The notes under the pieces are model-generated. The model did no database searches and was not told where the DNA came from. It was given only the letters and a program-made list of their open reading frames with translations. Source: a virus. From it: 64,000 nt of DNA. The DNA lies in the IMG/VR virus record IMGVR_UViG_3300021541_000005; one strand, 5' to 3'. This document shows positions 54,679 through 64,000 of the stretch, one piece after another (position 1 is the stretch's first letter; the number at the start of each line of letters is the position of its first letter). The translations under genes were made by a program, and so were the position numbers.

Positions 54679-57493
54679 AGTAACATTATATCCAGTATGG
54701 GAAAATAACACTGGAATGCGTAATGTTAATGGTAATACTGGTATCTATCGTGAGATGGAGGATATTCAGGGATTACATGATACAACCATTTATGGGCATT
54801 GGGGTAATGAAGACCCTGGAGCAGGTTATATGTATGCCGTCGCTTCGGTTAATGGTGGTAAATTTAAGCCTTCACAGATTGAAGTCACTAATTTCCATGT
54901 ACTCGATAATATACCAGCTAATGCTCGTATTAAAAGCATTCAGGTTGAGTATGAGTATGCGAAATTTGCGTATCCTAATATGGGTCATGGATCATTCGGC
55001 CAACCTGTGATTAGCATACCTACATTAGGTTTGTTTGCACCGGGTAATGCTCCACCTAAAGATGTTCTCACAGCATATAATGTTAAATTTGATGATTTAA
55101 AATTTACCGCAGAGGATTTGGCGGATGTCAAGGTTACTTTTGATTTACCAATGAACACGTCAGCGAATCCTGCTTATGTGAAAATGAACTATCTTAGATT
55201 AAATATTGAATATATAGTCCCGAATTATGTTCCACAGGTTAGTTTCGGTTTGAATAGTATTGAGTATGGGATGGAAGCTCCTGTTACGGTTGAAGTAATT
55301 GATACTAATAATGCTATATCTGTTGCTGATGTGGATTGTACTGTAATAGTCACTCCTGGATTAAGGCTTGTGGATGGTAGTGTTAATTGCAGTGGAACAT
55401 TTGACCCTGCTAATCATGTATGGCATGCAAAAACCAATAATGGTAAAGCAACATTAACATTTAAGGTCACACCTGCGGATCCGAGTGTTCAAGGTTTGAA
55501 TAATGTTAATGCTTATGTTTTCATGGATTCATCAACTATTCATTCATCTGTAGAATCATTGTATATTACACCGCAAAAAGCTTATCTTTTGGAATGCAGT
55601 GTATCTGAAAATGCTATAAAACAAAGTCTAAACAGTAGGCATTATACATTATTCACTTTAACAGTGCAGAATAATGCCCGTACACCTTTAGACGTTCATT
55701 TAGATTTTGATAAACTGGAATATGAAGGCACCCTTGAAGGTTATGATGAAGATACAAAAACTTTAACAATCACTGAATGGGATGGAAATAATTATTTCGA
55801 TGTTCAATTAAGGGTGTATAGTACTGTTTTAGAGGATGCTCAAATCATATGTTACAGTTCAGCATGGACTGGAGTAACAAAGATAAAAGTGAATGTAAAT
55901 GAAGAGTTTGACTATGAAGAGTATTATACAGAGTTAAATGCACCATTATTTACTTTAGAAAATATGCAAGGTACAAACGGTCAAGAATATGTTTTCGGCT
56001 GTCTTTGTAGAGTTACAGGAACAAATAATATCATTAAAGGCATGAAAAATGCACGTGCTTCTGTATTAAATAATGGGGAAAAATTCACATCTAAAGTGTC
56101 ACAAATAGGTTCATGGCAGTTATTGGCTGTTAAATTTACTTATAATGAATCTAAAAAGTTGTCTTTCCGTTTTTATGGTAATTATATTGAGGTTGATCAG
56201 GGTAAAATTGAGTTTGGTAATCTTTTTGTGATTCATGCTGATTATTATTCAGGTTATGAATATCCTGCTTTGGCTTTTGAAGAGTTACATTCTCTTATTA
56301 CAAATGAGGATTATACTAATCTTTTATTAGAACCTCCAGAAAAGAATCCGTCAAGCAGACATTATTTTGATTTAATTGACTGGATGGGTTTGGAGGATAA
56401 TCAATATTTGATACCTCATGGTTTGGAAGTTACTGGAGATATTTCTGCTGAAGAAACTATAGGCATTACATTAGGTTTTGGCCACAAAGGTATAGATGAA
56501 TTTGACTTTATTTCCGATAGTTTAAACATTGATGAGAATACTCAAACATTCAAGTTCGGAGGTAAATTTGAAACCTTGGGTTTGAGTTTTACAGACATCT
56601 CCACTTTATTAAAAGACATTGCTTTCTATCTACAAATTGATGACATGTATGATAATCAAACACCCATCAACGTTCAAATGAAAAACGTAAAAATAACCCT
56701 CTACTATAGCCTGAACAGTGATTGCTGGGAATTCTTTATCAATGGTGTTTCATCAAAACACTACTTATTAGACCTTCAAGCAGATAGTGAAATACCAAGA
56801 GGTGCTAAATACGATGTTAATAAATTCAAAGTTGACGGTGCTGATGGTGAATATCCAAACAGAATTAATCTCAAAGGAAACAAATTAAAAATAAAATTTG
56901 GGACCTGTGAATGTGGAACTATTGAAGACTTAACATATCTATTAGAACATGTTGTAGAATGGTTATATCCTGAAAGAGATAGTCTAGATAACCCTTTATT
57001 GAAAACAATAAGTTTCTTTTACGCTCCTGATGTAGGTTATGATTATTACATCGAAGATACAATGGATGCTGAAGCTGTAGACGGTGCTTATGAATGTGAA
57101 GTAGAACTAATTGTACCTTCAGGACTGGCCCGCAATCTTCATGAAACAGAAAGTTCTGCAACAGGCCATACAGGCCACATGGGTAAAGTAAAACCAGTAA
57201 TATTATTCTACATCTTAAGCCATGACAGTGAAATAATTGTAATTGAAAGCAAAACCGGTCAAAAATTAACAGTAACTGGAGAATTCATTGATAATTTACC
57301 ATTAAACACATTGTTAAAACTTGACTGTGGAAATCGTAAACTTTACTACGAATCCTATGGTGAATGGTTTGATATAGATCCAAATTGCATTACACTAGAC
57401 AGTGATTTCTTTACCTTAGCAGGTTATTTTGATTTTTCAACTAGTGTCAACTGCAAAATATCTGAAGTAAAATACTATGAATTAAAAGGGTGA
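54653..57493 (+). CDS. Enlarged Dit-like protein (copy)
   Basis: Identical to 12238-15078. Confidence 0.62.
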   Translation: MEVLLKMARVTLYPVWENNTGMRNVNGNTGIYREMEDIQGLHDTTIYGHWGNEDPGAGYMYAVASVNGGKFKPSQIEVTNFHVLDNIPANARIKSIQVEYEYAKFAYPNMGHGSFGQPVISIPTLGLFAPGNAPPKDVLTAYNVKFDDLKFTAEDLADVKVTFDLPMNTSANPAYVKMNYLRLNIEYIVPNYVPQVSFGLNSIEYGMEAPVTVEVIDTNNAISVADVDCTVIVTPGLRLVDGSVNCSGTFDPANHVWHAKTNNGKATLTFKVTPADPSVQGLNNVNAYVFMDSSTIHSSVESLYITPQKAYLLECSVSENAIKQSLNSRHYTLFTLTVQNNARTPLDVHLDFDKLEYEGTLEGYDEDTKTLTITEWDGNNYFDVQLRVYSTVLEDAQIICYSSAWTGVTKIKVNVNEEFDYEEYYTELNAPLFTLENMQGTNGQEYVFGCLCRVTGTNNIIKGMKNARASVLNNGEKFTSKVSQIGSWQLLAVKFTYNESKKLSFRFYGNYIEVDQGKIEFGNLFVIHADYYSGYEYPALAFEELHSLITNEDYTNLLLEPPEKNPSSRHYFDLIDWMGLEDNQYLIPHGLEVTGDISAEETIGITLGFGHKGIDEFDFISDSLNIDENTQTFKFGGKFETLGLSFTDISTLLKDIAFYLQIDDMYDNQTPINVQMKNVKITLYYSLNSDCWEFFINGVSSKHYLLDLQADSEIPRGAKYDVNKFKVDGADGEYPNRINLKGNKLKIKFGTCECGTIEDLTYLLEHVVEWLYPERDSLDNPLLKTISFFYAPDVGYDYYIEDTMDAEAVDGAYECEVELIVPSGLARNLHETESSATGHTGHMGKVKPVILFYILSHDSEIIVIESKTGQKLTVTGEFIDNLPLNTLLKLDCGNRKLYYESYGEWFDIDPNCITLDSDFFTLAGYFDFSTSVNCKISEVKYYELKG

Positions 57494-57497
57494 TTAG

Positions 57498-60014
57498 ATG
57501 ATTGTAATTTTAGATCATGATGAAAACATCCTTGAATTCATGGATGATGCAGATGCCAGTGTTGAAATCACAGACACTTACGGAGGATATAATTCTTTAG
57601 ATTTAGATTGTGAATTAACTGATGTAAAAAAAGACCAATACCTCTTTAAACAAGGAAACAAACTGTTGATAAATAATATTCTTTTTGTAATTAATACTGA
57701 GGTTGAAGTGGACTATGTGGATAATTTAATACATTTAGAAGCTGAAGAACTGGTCTATGAGTTAAATAATTGTGAACCATTCTATATTAATGATCCAATT
57801 TTTAAACAATATGTTTCAGGAAAAACAATTAAAATATCTTTCAACATGTTAAACTTACTATTCAAAGGATTTTACACTGTTGATGCTACAGATTTAAATG
57901 AAATAAGCTATGATAAGAAGTATGTTACTGTACAGGGAACAATTACAAAGTATAATCTTCTTAAAGAGATTGAAACGGCCACAGGATTAATGTTTAAATA
58001 CCATTATGCTTTAGATGGAAATAAAGTCATTAAAAAGGTGAGTCTGCTTAAACCTGAAAACTATGGAGTAACACATTCACAGCTCCTGGAACGTGTAACT
58101 GTAGGTGAAAATACAAATAAACTGGAATATAGTAGTGATGAAACCAAAAACGCCCTTGGAATAATGCCTATTATCAAATCAGAAAACAATAGTAATGTTG
58201 ATTATAATAAAATTTTACAACAATTTTATAATTTAGACATTAACAACGAAAGAATAATGCCTTATTATGTAAATTACAGTGTTTTAGAAGAAAACTTCCT
58301 AAGTGCTGCTAAAACGCTACATGAAAAGATTACTACTTTTGGCATTATCCCAGATACTATTCCTATGATTTTTGATGATGATGAAATAATACCTGTAGGA
58401 ATGAGCCAATTTGTCGATATGGCAACAAAATATTTGATAAACTCGGATGAAGTTATACATCTAATTATTGTAGAACCTCCAAGCATTACACATGGTGACC
58501 GCTTAAACTGTGTTTTTGAAGAAACAGAGATTAACAACTTAGCCTACACTGTCCAAGATTATATCGCAAAAACAGGTCATATTAACACTACTATTTCAAC
58601 AGGCCATGGGCGATTAAGTTTCCAATGGTTAATCTACATATTTGCAGAATATTTAACTACAAAAAAGAAAGTAGTCTGTAAATCTGAAGATTATCCTAAT
58701 TTAAATAAACTTCTACCTTCTGAAGTACAATATAATGTACGTCGCATTGTTGACACTGATAATTATGAGTATATGCCTTACGTTTACACCCAAAATACCA
58801 GTGAATCAAATAACATTCCGTATCAAACACCAATGAATCCATTACCTGGGAAAAACATGTATGACTTAAATAATTACATTAGTGAATCATATCCACAAAT
58901 GGTCATAACAAAAACAGCAGGTGTAGAAAACATCACTATAACAATATCTAAACAAAATATTAGTCAAAACACACCAGAATCTTTCGTAATAGGATTCCGT
59001 GATGTGAATCTAATACAGGATGGTACGGATATTACAATAGATTTCAATAAACAGGAAATCGTTTTCATGAAATTCTTTGAATGGATTGAAGAAAAAGAAG
59101 TTGAAGTTACAGAATCCATACCTGCCGATGATGTTATAACAGTCAATATGATGCCTTCCTGTGGTTGCTGCGGTTACCCAAAAACACCATACAAACGCTT
59201 CACGAAAACATGGAAAAATTACTGTCCAAACTGTAAAAAATCAGGTACTTTAACAGATAATCCTAAAGGCGTTTATGAAGGTGAAATAACTTGCAGTATG
59301 AAAAAAGGCGGATGTGACGCAGACTACTGCGGATACTGCGGCGGTGACAAATGGGGTGGTGGAAAATGTGCTAGAGTAAAATTAACTCCTGCTGAAGCAA
59401 CCACCGAAGAAACACGCACCGAAACGATACAGGAAGTACATCAAGAATATAAAGAAGTCACAGCTAATGATGACAATAACGGAGAGGATGAAACTAAAAT
59501 AAGATTAAATCAAATACTAACAGAAAACTCAAAATTAGACTCATGGCATGGAGATATAAGTATAAAAATCGAAGGAGCAACATTAAAAAGTCTAAAATCA
59601 GATTCCGTTAAATTATATGAATTAGCACCATTCCCTTATGTAAAAGAGAAAGGTGACATGTTTATTCATGCTCCTATAACCTCAGCAGATTTCTACTATA
59701 CTCACATGACAAATGACAATCCAAAATTAGAACCCTTTGAAACTTCAGAACAATCCATCGAGGAAGTTTTAATCGGCTGCTGGAAAAAATTAAATGGTTC
59801 TGGTGATAATACGAATTGGTTAGAAAAATCAGAGGATATTGAAGTAGATTTAACTGAAGAAAACTTGGATTTAGAAGCTGGAGACTTTGTATATATCAAA
59901 CTACCTGATAGTATGGTGTTCAAGGCACAAATTACAGAGAAAAAATATGATCCAAAAATCAAATCAGATTCCAAATTAAAAATTGGAAACGTTTCCAGGG
60001 AGGCAATTGTATGA
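57498..60014 (+). CDS. Tal-like baseplate hub with PMBR-like and Cys-rich inserts (copy)
   Basis: Identical to 15083-17599. Confidence 0.75.
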   Translation: MIVILDHDENILEFMDDADASVEITDTYGGYNSLDLDCELTDVKKDQYLFKQGNKLLINNILFVINTEVEVDYVDNLIHLEAEELVYELNNCEPFYINDPIFKQYVSGKTIKISFNMLNLLFKGFYTVDATDLNEISYDKKYVTVQGTITKYNLLKEIETATGLMFKYHYALDGNKVIKKVSLLKPENYGVTHSQLLERVTVGENTNKLEYSSDETKNALGIMPIIKSENNSNVDYNKILQQFYNLDINNERIMPYYVNYSVLEENFLSAAKTLHEKITTFGIIPDTIPMIFDDDEIIPVGMSQFVDMATKYLINSDEVIHLIIVEPPSITHGDRLNCVFEETEINNLAYTVQDYIAKTGHINTTISTGHGRLSFQWLIYIFAEYLTTKKKVVCKSEDYPNLNKLLPSEVQYNVRRIVDTDNYEYMPYVYTQNTSESNNIPYQTPMNPLPGKNMYDLNNYISESYPQMVITKTAGVENITITISKQNISQNTPESFVIGFRDVNLIQDGTDITIDFNKQEIVFMKFFEWIEEKEVEVTESIPADDVITVNMMPSCGCCGYPKTPYKRFTKTWKNYCPNCKKSGTLTDNPKGVYEGEITCSMKKGGCDADYCGYCGGDKWGGGKCARVKLTPAEATTEETRTETIQEVHQEYKEVTANDDNNGEDETKIRLNQILTENSKLDSWHGDISIKIEGATLKSLKSDSVKLYELAPFPYVKEKGDMFIHAPITSADFYYTHMTNDNPKLEPFETSEQSIEEVLIGCWKKLNGSGDNTNWLEKSEDIEVDLTEENLDLEAGDFVYIKLPDSMVFKAQITEKKYDPKIKSDSKLKIGNVSREAIV

Positions 60015-63000
60015 CTAAATTAACAAACGCTGAAAAAGATAAACTAGATAATACCTGCGGAAACCTAAGAGTAACAAAGTTAGGAACGCATGTAAAATCA
60101 TTAGAAGACTTTGTGAACGAAGGAGCACTCGCTACAAGAGCAAATGATGTAACTTCTGCAATCAATGAATTATATGGGATGATTGCGAACAATGAATGTG
60201 CAGACATTCAAATTCCACCACCAGGATTCTTTACTCTTTTTGGTAATGATGAGGATGGTAAGTTATATGTGTATTATAATGATGAAGATCATCCGCCGGT
60301 ATTCCGTCATGTGGAAGAGCCTGGGGAACTGGAAGGAACATTATACTTGTATATTGCAGATCCTGAAGGTGAAAATCATTTTGAAATGGAAATCGGCCAT
60401 TATATTGCAGTAAAACATCTGGATAATTATTACACAAAAGCAGAGATTGATGCAGGTTACGCCATAAAAAACCATGCAAGCACAGCTAATACCTATGGTC
60501 TTGGTTCAACTTCTAAATATGGGCATGTAAAAACAATAAATGGTTTAACTCAAGCAAGCCATGCAGATGGTCTTGCATTATCAGCATATCAAGGGAAAGT
60601 TTTGAAAACTGCTGTTGATGAAAAAGTAGTGACTGTTGAAAAGCAATCTTCAGCTGAACAGGGTTATGCTGCTACATATGTTGTAAAACAGAATGGGTCA
60701 CAGGTTGGAGTTAAAATTAATATTCCTAAAGACTTTCTTGTGAAATCTACTTCAGTTAAAACGTGTACTACTGCAAATCAACCTGTAAATGGGTATGAAG
60801 TCGGGGACATTTATATTGATTGGGTTGTTAATTCAAAAGATAATACTGCAACAGATGAACATCTCTATTTGCGTGCAAAAGACATAGGATCTTATCCTCC
60901 CGATGAAGTCACATTAACAATTGAAAATAATCAATTTAAAATCAAAAATGGTGGTGTTGGTTCTACTCAGCTTGCTAAAGACAGTGTAATCACGGATAAA
61001 ATCAAAGATTCTAATGTCACTACTGCAAAAATTAAAGATGGAAATGTTACAACAGTAAAAATCAAAGATGATAATGTAACTACTCCAAAAATTAAAGATT
61101 CTAATATTACTACTGATAAAATTGCTGATGGTGCAGTTACAAATGATAAAGTAACTTCAATTACTAAAAATAAGATAAGTGATTTTAGTCACGCTCATGG
61201 AAACTTACAAAACGACGGTAAAGTAGGAACAAGTAATAATGAAAATAAAAATGTTGTAACTGATGGAAATGGAAAAATTACAACTGAAGCAAAACCAACA
61301 GTTCCAACAGCTAACAGTACTGCTTCTAATATTAAGATGGATGGTACTCAAAGTGCAGGTTCATTATCTACTTTTGCTAAAGCCGACCATGTCCACCCAA
61401 CTGACACTAGTAGAGCATCTACTGACGTTGCTACTCAGTCTGCTAATGGTTTAATGAGTAGTTCAGATAAAACCAAATTAGATGGTATTGCAACTGGGGA
61501 AAATAAAACAACTATAGATTCTGCATTAAGCACAACTTCTACAAACCCTGTTCAAAATAAAGTCATCAAGGCAAAAATAGACACTTTAGCAACAAAAGAA
61601 GAAGTTGATGATATTATAGCAGGAGATATTGATTTAACAGGATATGTTAAAGATACAGATTCAAGATTGGCTGATGATAGAATTCCCAAAGTTATTGAAA
61701 TTGATGGTACAGTAAATGAACCTTATGATTTGGATTTAGTATATGGCACTGGTTTCTACATTGGTAATCGTGGTGGAAACAAAACATCTTTACATACTCC
61801 AGATGATACTTATGGTTCAAGATATGTGTTACTTGTGCAGGCATTTGGTTTAAATACATATATTAAACAAGTGTTTACATTTCTTAACAATGGAAAAACT
61901 TATACAAGATTCAAAACAACTGGAAACTGGAGTTCATGGACTGAAATAAGTTATAATGGACATACTCATCATGACACAGATATTGATTGGGAAGGTGTCG
62001 CATTAGCAAATCAAGTAAGTCCATTAGATATGGCGATGTTCGAAGAATTAAGTGCAAATCGTCTGGCATTCTTAAGTGGAGATAATATTATTTTTGAATA
62101 TTCAACAGATGGAGGTAGTACATGGACAGAAGGATATAATGATGCCGATGGAAAAACAAAAAAATTAAAACTTGTTACTACATCAGAACGTTTCAGTGGA
62201 GGTAATGGTGCTACAAAATCTGTGAATAATCAAGCAAGAATCACATTAAAAGCAGGCGAAGCAAATGTAGCAAGTAAAATTTACATGTACACAAGAAAAC
62301 TTATGATTTACTTCTCAACAGCAGGAAGTAGGGGCTGTAAATGTAAAGTAGAAACTTCAACATACGGTACTCCTAGTGCTTGGACAACTATAGGTACTTA
62401 CAATATTGATGGATATTCCGGATGGAATAGTATACCATTAGCACTCACACTGGGAGGATTTGCAAGTCAGACTAATGGTACAAGAATACAAAATATTAGA
62501 CTTACATTTAGTTGTACCACTATAGGCAATTATAATTTTGAAATACAAAAAATAAGACTATTTGGTGAGACATGTTGGACATCTCCATCCACTATGGCGA
62601 CTAATGGACATATGTATACTTTTGATGAAAATGGAGATGTTACATTCCCCGCAAAAATTATTAAATCTGGAGGAACATCCGCACAATTCTTAAAAGCTAA
62701 TGGTGATATCGATTCAACCACCTATGTAAGTGGAGCAGGAACTGGATTAACCAAAGATGGGGTGAATTTAAAACATAGCAATTCTGTTACTGCTGATACA
62801 ACAGGTAATTTTAAAAAGTTGACATATGATTCTCAAGGACATATAACTGGAACAGTAAATGTACAGGCATCTGATTTGCCAACCCATTCACATGGAGCAT
62901 CTGATTTGCCGACATCATCCACAAGTGCAAAGGGTATTGTAAAATTAGTGAATGACTTGACTACTGGTGGAACTGACAAAGCATTAACCGCAGAACAAGG

Positions 63001-64000
63001 AAAAGTATTAAATGTTGCTTTAGGTGGAAAAATTGATACTGCCGGTACAAGTATGGAAAAAGATGGTACTACATTGGGTGTTAAAAGTAGTGGAATTACC
63101 GCAACACAATTAGCATCAAATGCAGTAACTACTGATAAAATTAATGTTAAAGCAGTTACTACTGCAAAAATAGATGATGGGGCAGTAACTGCAACACAAT
63201 TAGAATCTACAGTACAAAAAAAATCCTTTGTCAGTTTGATTACTTTAGGTACTTCTGAGGGTACAGATAATATTGATAACTTATATGCAGCATCCGACCA
63301 AGGAAGATATTATTGTAAAGCAGGAAATATTGGTAATTTAGGAGGAACACTTCCGCCAGGTTGGACAACGGCATCAAATAAACACATGTTATTGCTTGTA
63401 TATAATAATAATAGTAGTAAAACCATCCAAGAAGCATTTCAGATTAGTGCCAGCACTAATACAACTCTAAAACGATTTTGGAGAATGTATACTGATTATC
63501 CAACTTCAGTTAAATGGAGTGATTGGCAAGAAGTTTACACCGATAAAACCATTCCTTCTGCTTCAACAAGTACAGCAGGTATAACAAAATTAGTAAATGA
63601 TTTAACTACTGGTGGAACAGATAAAGCATTAACCGCAGAACAAGGAAAATCTTTAAATAATAAGGTTATCGCAATTACCGATTACGATACATCATCTGTT
63701 ACTACAATTAGGGATTCTTTTGTAACAAGTGGATGGAGTGGAACTGTAAGATATTATGTTAAAAATGGTTGGTGTATTGTAACTTATGAGGGGTTACAGA
63801 AAACTTCAACAACAAGTTCATATGATGCTCTTATAAACAATATTGGGGTAAATAATGCTATGGGAAGTGATGTATTTGCAAATACTGATTTGAGTGTTTA
63901 TATGCCGGTTATGGTGAAAGTTAATCAAAATGGTGTATTACTGGCGAGATGTGTAAAAGCGAATACTGCATTATATGGAAGTCTTATTTTCCCAATCTAA
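60011..64000 (+). CDS. Tail fibre or adhesin (copy)
   Basis: Identical to 17596-21585. Confidence 0.85.
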   Translation: MTKLTNAEKDKLDNTCGNLRVTKLGTHVKSLEDFVNEGALATRANDVTSAINELYGMIANNECADIQIPPPGFFTLFGNDEDGKLYVYYNDEDHPPVFRHVEEPGELEGTLYLYIADPEGENHFEMEIGHYIAVKHLDNYYTKAEIDAGYAIKNHASTANTYGLGSTSKYGHVKTINGLTQASHADGLALSAYQGKVLKTAVDEKVVTVEKQSSAEQGYAATYVVKQNGSQVGVKINIPKDFLVKSTSVKTCTTANQPVNGYEVGDIYIDWVVNSKDNTATDEHLYLRAKDIGSYPPDEVTLTIENNQFKIKNGGVGSTQLAKDSVITDKIKDSNVTTAKIKDGNVTTVKIKDDNVTTPKIKDSNITTDKIADGAVTNDKVTSITKNKISDFSHAHGNLQNDGKVGTSNNENKNVVTDGNGKITTEAKPTVPTANSTASNIKMDGTQSAGSLSTFAKADHVHPTDTSRASTDVATQSANGLMSSSDKTKLDGIATGENKTTIDSALSTTSTNPVQNKVIKAKIDTLATKEEVDDIIAGDIDLTGYVKDTDSRLADDRIPKVIEIDGTVNEPYDLDLVYGTGFYIGNRGGNKTSLHTPDDTYGSRYVLLVQAFGLNTYIKQVFTFLNNGKTYTRFKTTGNWSSWTEISYNGHTHHDTDIDWEGVALANQVSPLDMAMFEELSANRLAFLSGDNIIFEYSTDGGSTWTEGYNDADGKTKKLKLVTTSERFSGGNGATKSVNNQARITLKAGEANVASKIYMYTRKLMIYFSTAGSRGCKCKVETSTYGTPSAWTTIGTYNIDGYSGWNSIPLALTLGGFASQTNGTRIQNIRLTFSCTTIGNYNFEIQKIRLFGETCWTSPSTMATNGHMYTFDENGDVTFPAKIIKSGGTSAQFLKANGDIDSTTYVSGAGTGLTKDGVNLKHSNSVTADTTGNFKKLTYDSQGHITGTVNVQASDLPTHSHGASDLPTSSTSAKGIVKLVNDLTTGGTDKALTAEQGKVLNVALGGKIDTAGTSMEKDGTTLGVKSSGITATQLASNAVTTDKINVKAVTTAKIDDGAVTATQLESTVQKKSFVSLITLGTSEGTDNIDNLYAASDQGRYYCKAGNIGNLGGTLPPGWTTASNKHMLLLVYNNNSSKTIQEAFQISASTNTTLKRFWRMYTDYPTSVKWSDWQEVYTDKTIPSASTSTAGITKLVNDLTTGGTDKALTAEQGKSLNNKVIAITDYDTSSVTTIRDSFVTSGWSGTVRYYVKNGWCIVTYEGLQKTSTTSSYDALINNIGVNNAMGSDVFANTDLSVYMPVMVKVNQNGVLLARCVKANTALYGSLIFPI

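Larger units (their letters stand above)
1..64000 (+). mobile_element. Temperate tailed archaeal virus (siphovirus-like Caudoviricetes), 42,415-bp unit genome present about 1.5 times; host probably Methanobacteriales (Methanobrevibacter)
   Basis: Complete terminase-portal-head-tail-lysin-integrase gene set, no flanking host genes, pseudomurein-related domains, archaeal-type tRNAs and promoters. Confidence 0.93.
42416..64000 (+). repeat. Second copy of positions 1-21585
   Basis: Identical ORF track offset by 42,415; ends exactly at the tail fibre stop codon. Confidence 0.98.

Overview
The window holds about 1.5 copies of a 42,415-bp circular (or concatemeric) genome: 1-21585 recurs at 42416-64000 with identical ORF translations. 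It is an AT-rich temperate tailed virus with a long non-contractile (siphovirus-type) tail. The host is inferred to be a Methanobacteriales archaeon, probably Methanobrevibacter. Evidence for this host: pseudomurein-binding-like repeats, two papain/transglutaminase-type wall peptidases, an archaeal-type tRNA-Gln with an A1-U72 pair, a Methanobacteriales-like ORB box, GGTGA ribosome sites and TATA/BRE promoters. Gene order: two tRNAs, head and tail genes (810-22185), endolysin (22287-23417), integrase and lysogeny block with a small divergent AbrB-like regulator (24065-26368), early operon (ERF, SWIM, RHH, ASCH, Zn fingers, candidate origin; 26559-33452), then two membrane genes, terminase, portal and a 1141-aa MuF protein carrying JAB-like and ADP-ribosyltransferase domains, followed by two small ORFs (33805-42540). 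The best lead is this MuF-JAB-ART virion toxin cassette. Other leads: a host-type replication origin with no recognisable replication gene, cell-wall enzymes and binding modules built into the tail, two predicted +1 frameshifts, and several unexplained non-coding elements. All assignments rest on motif recognition by eye; no database searches were run.
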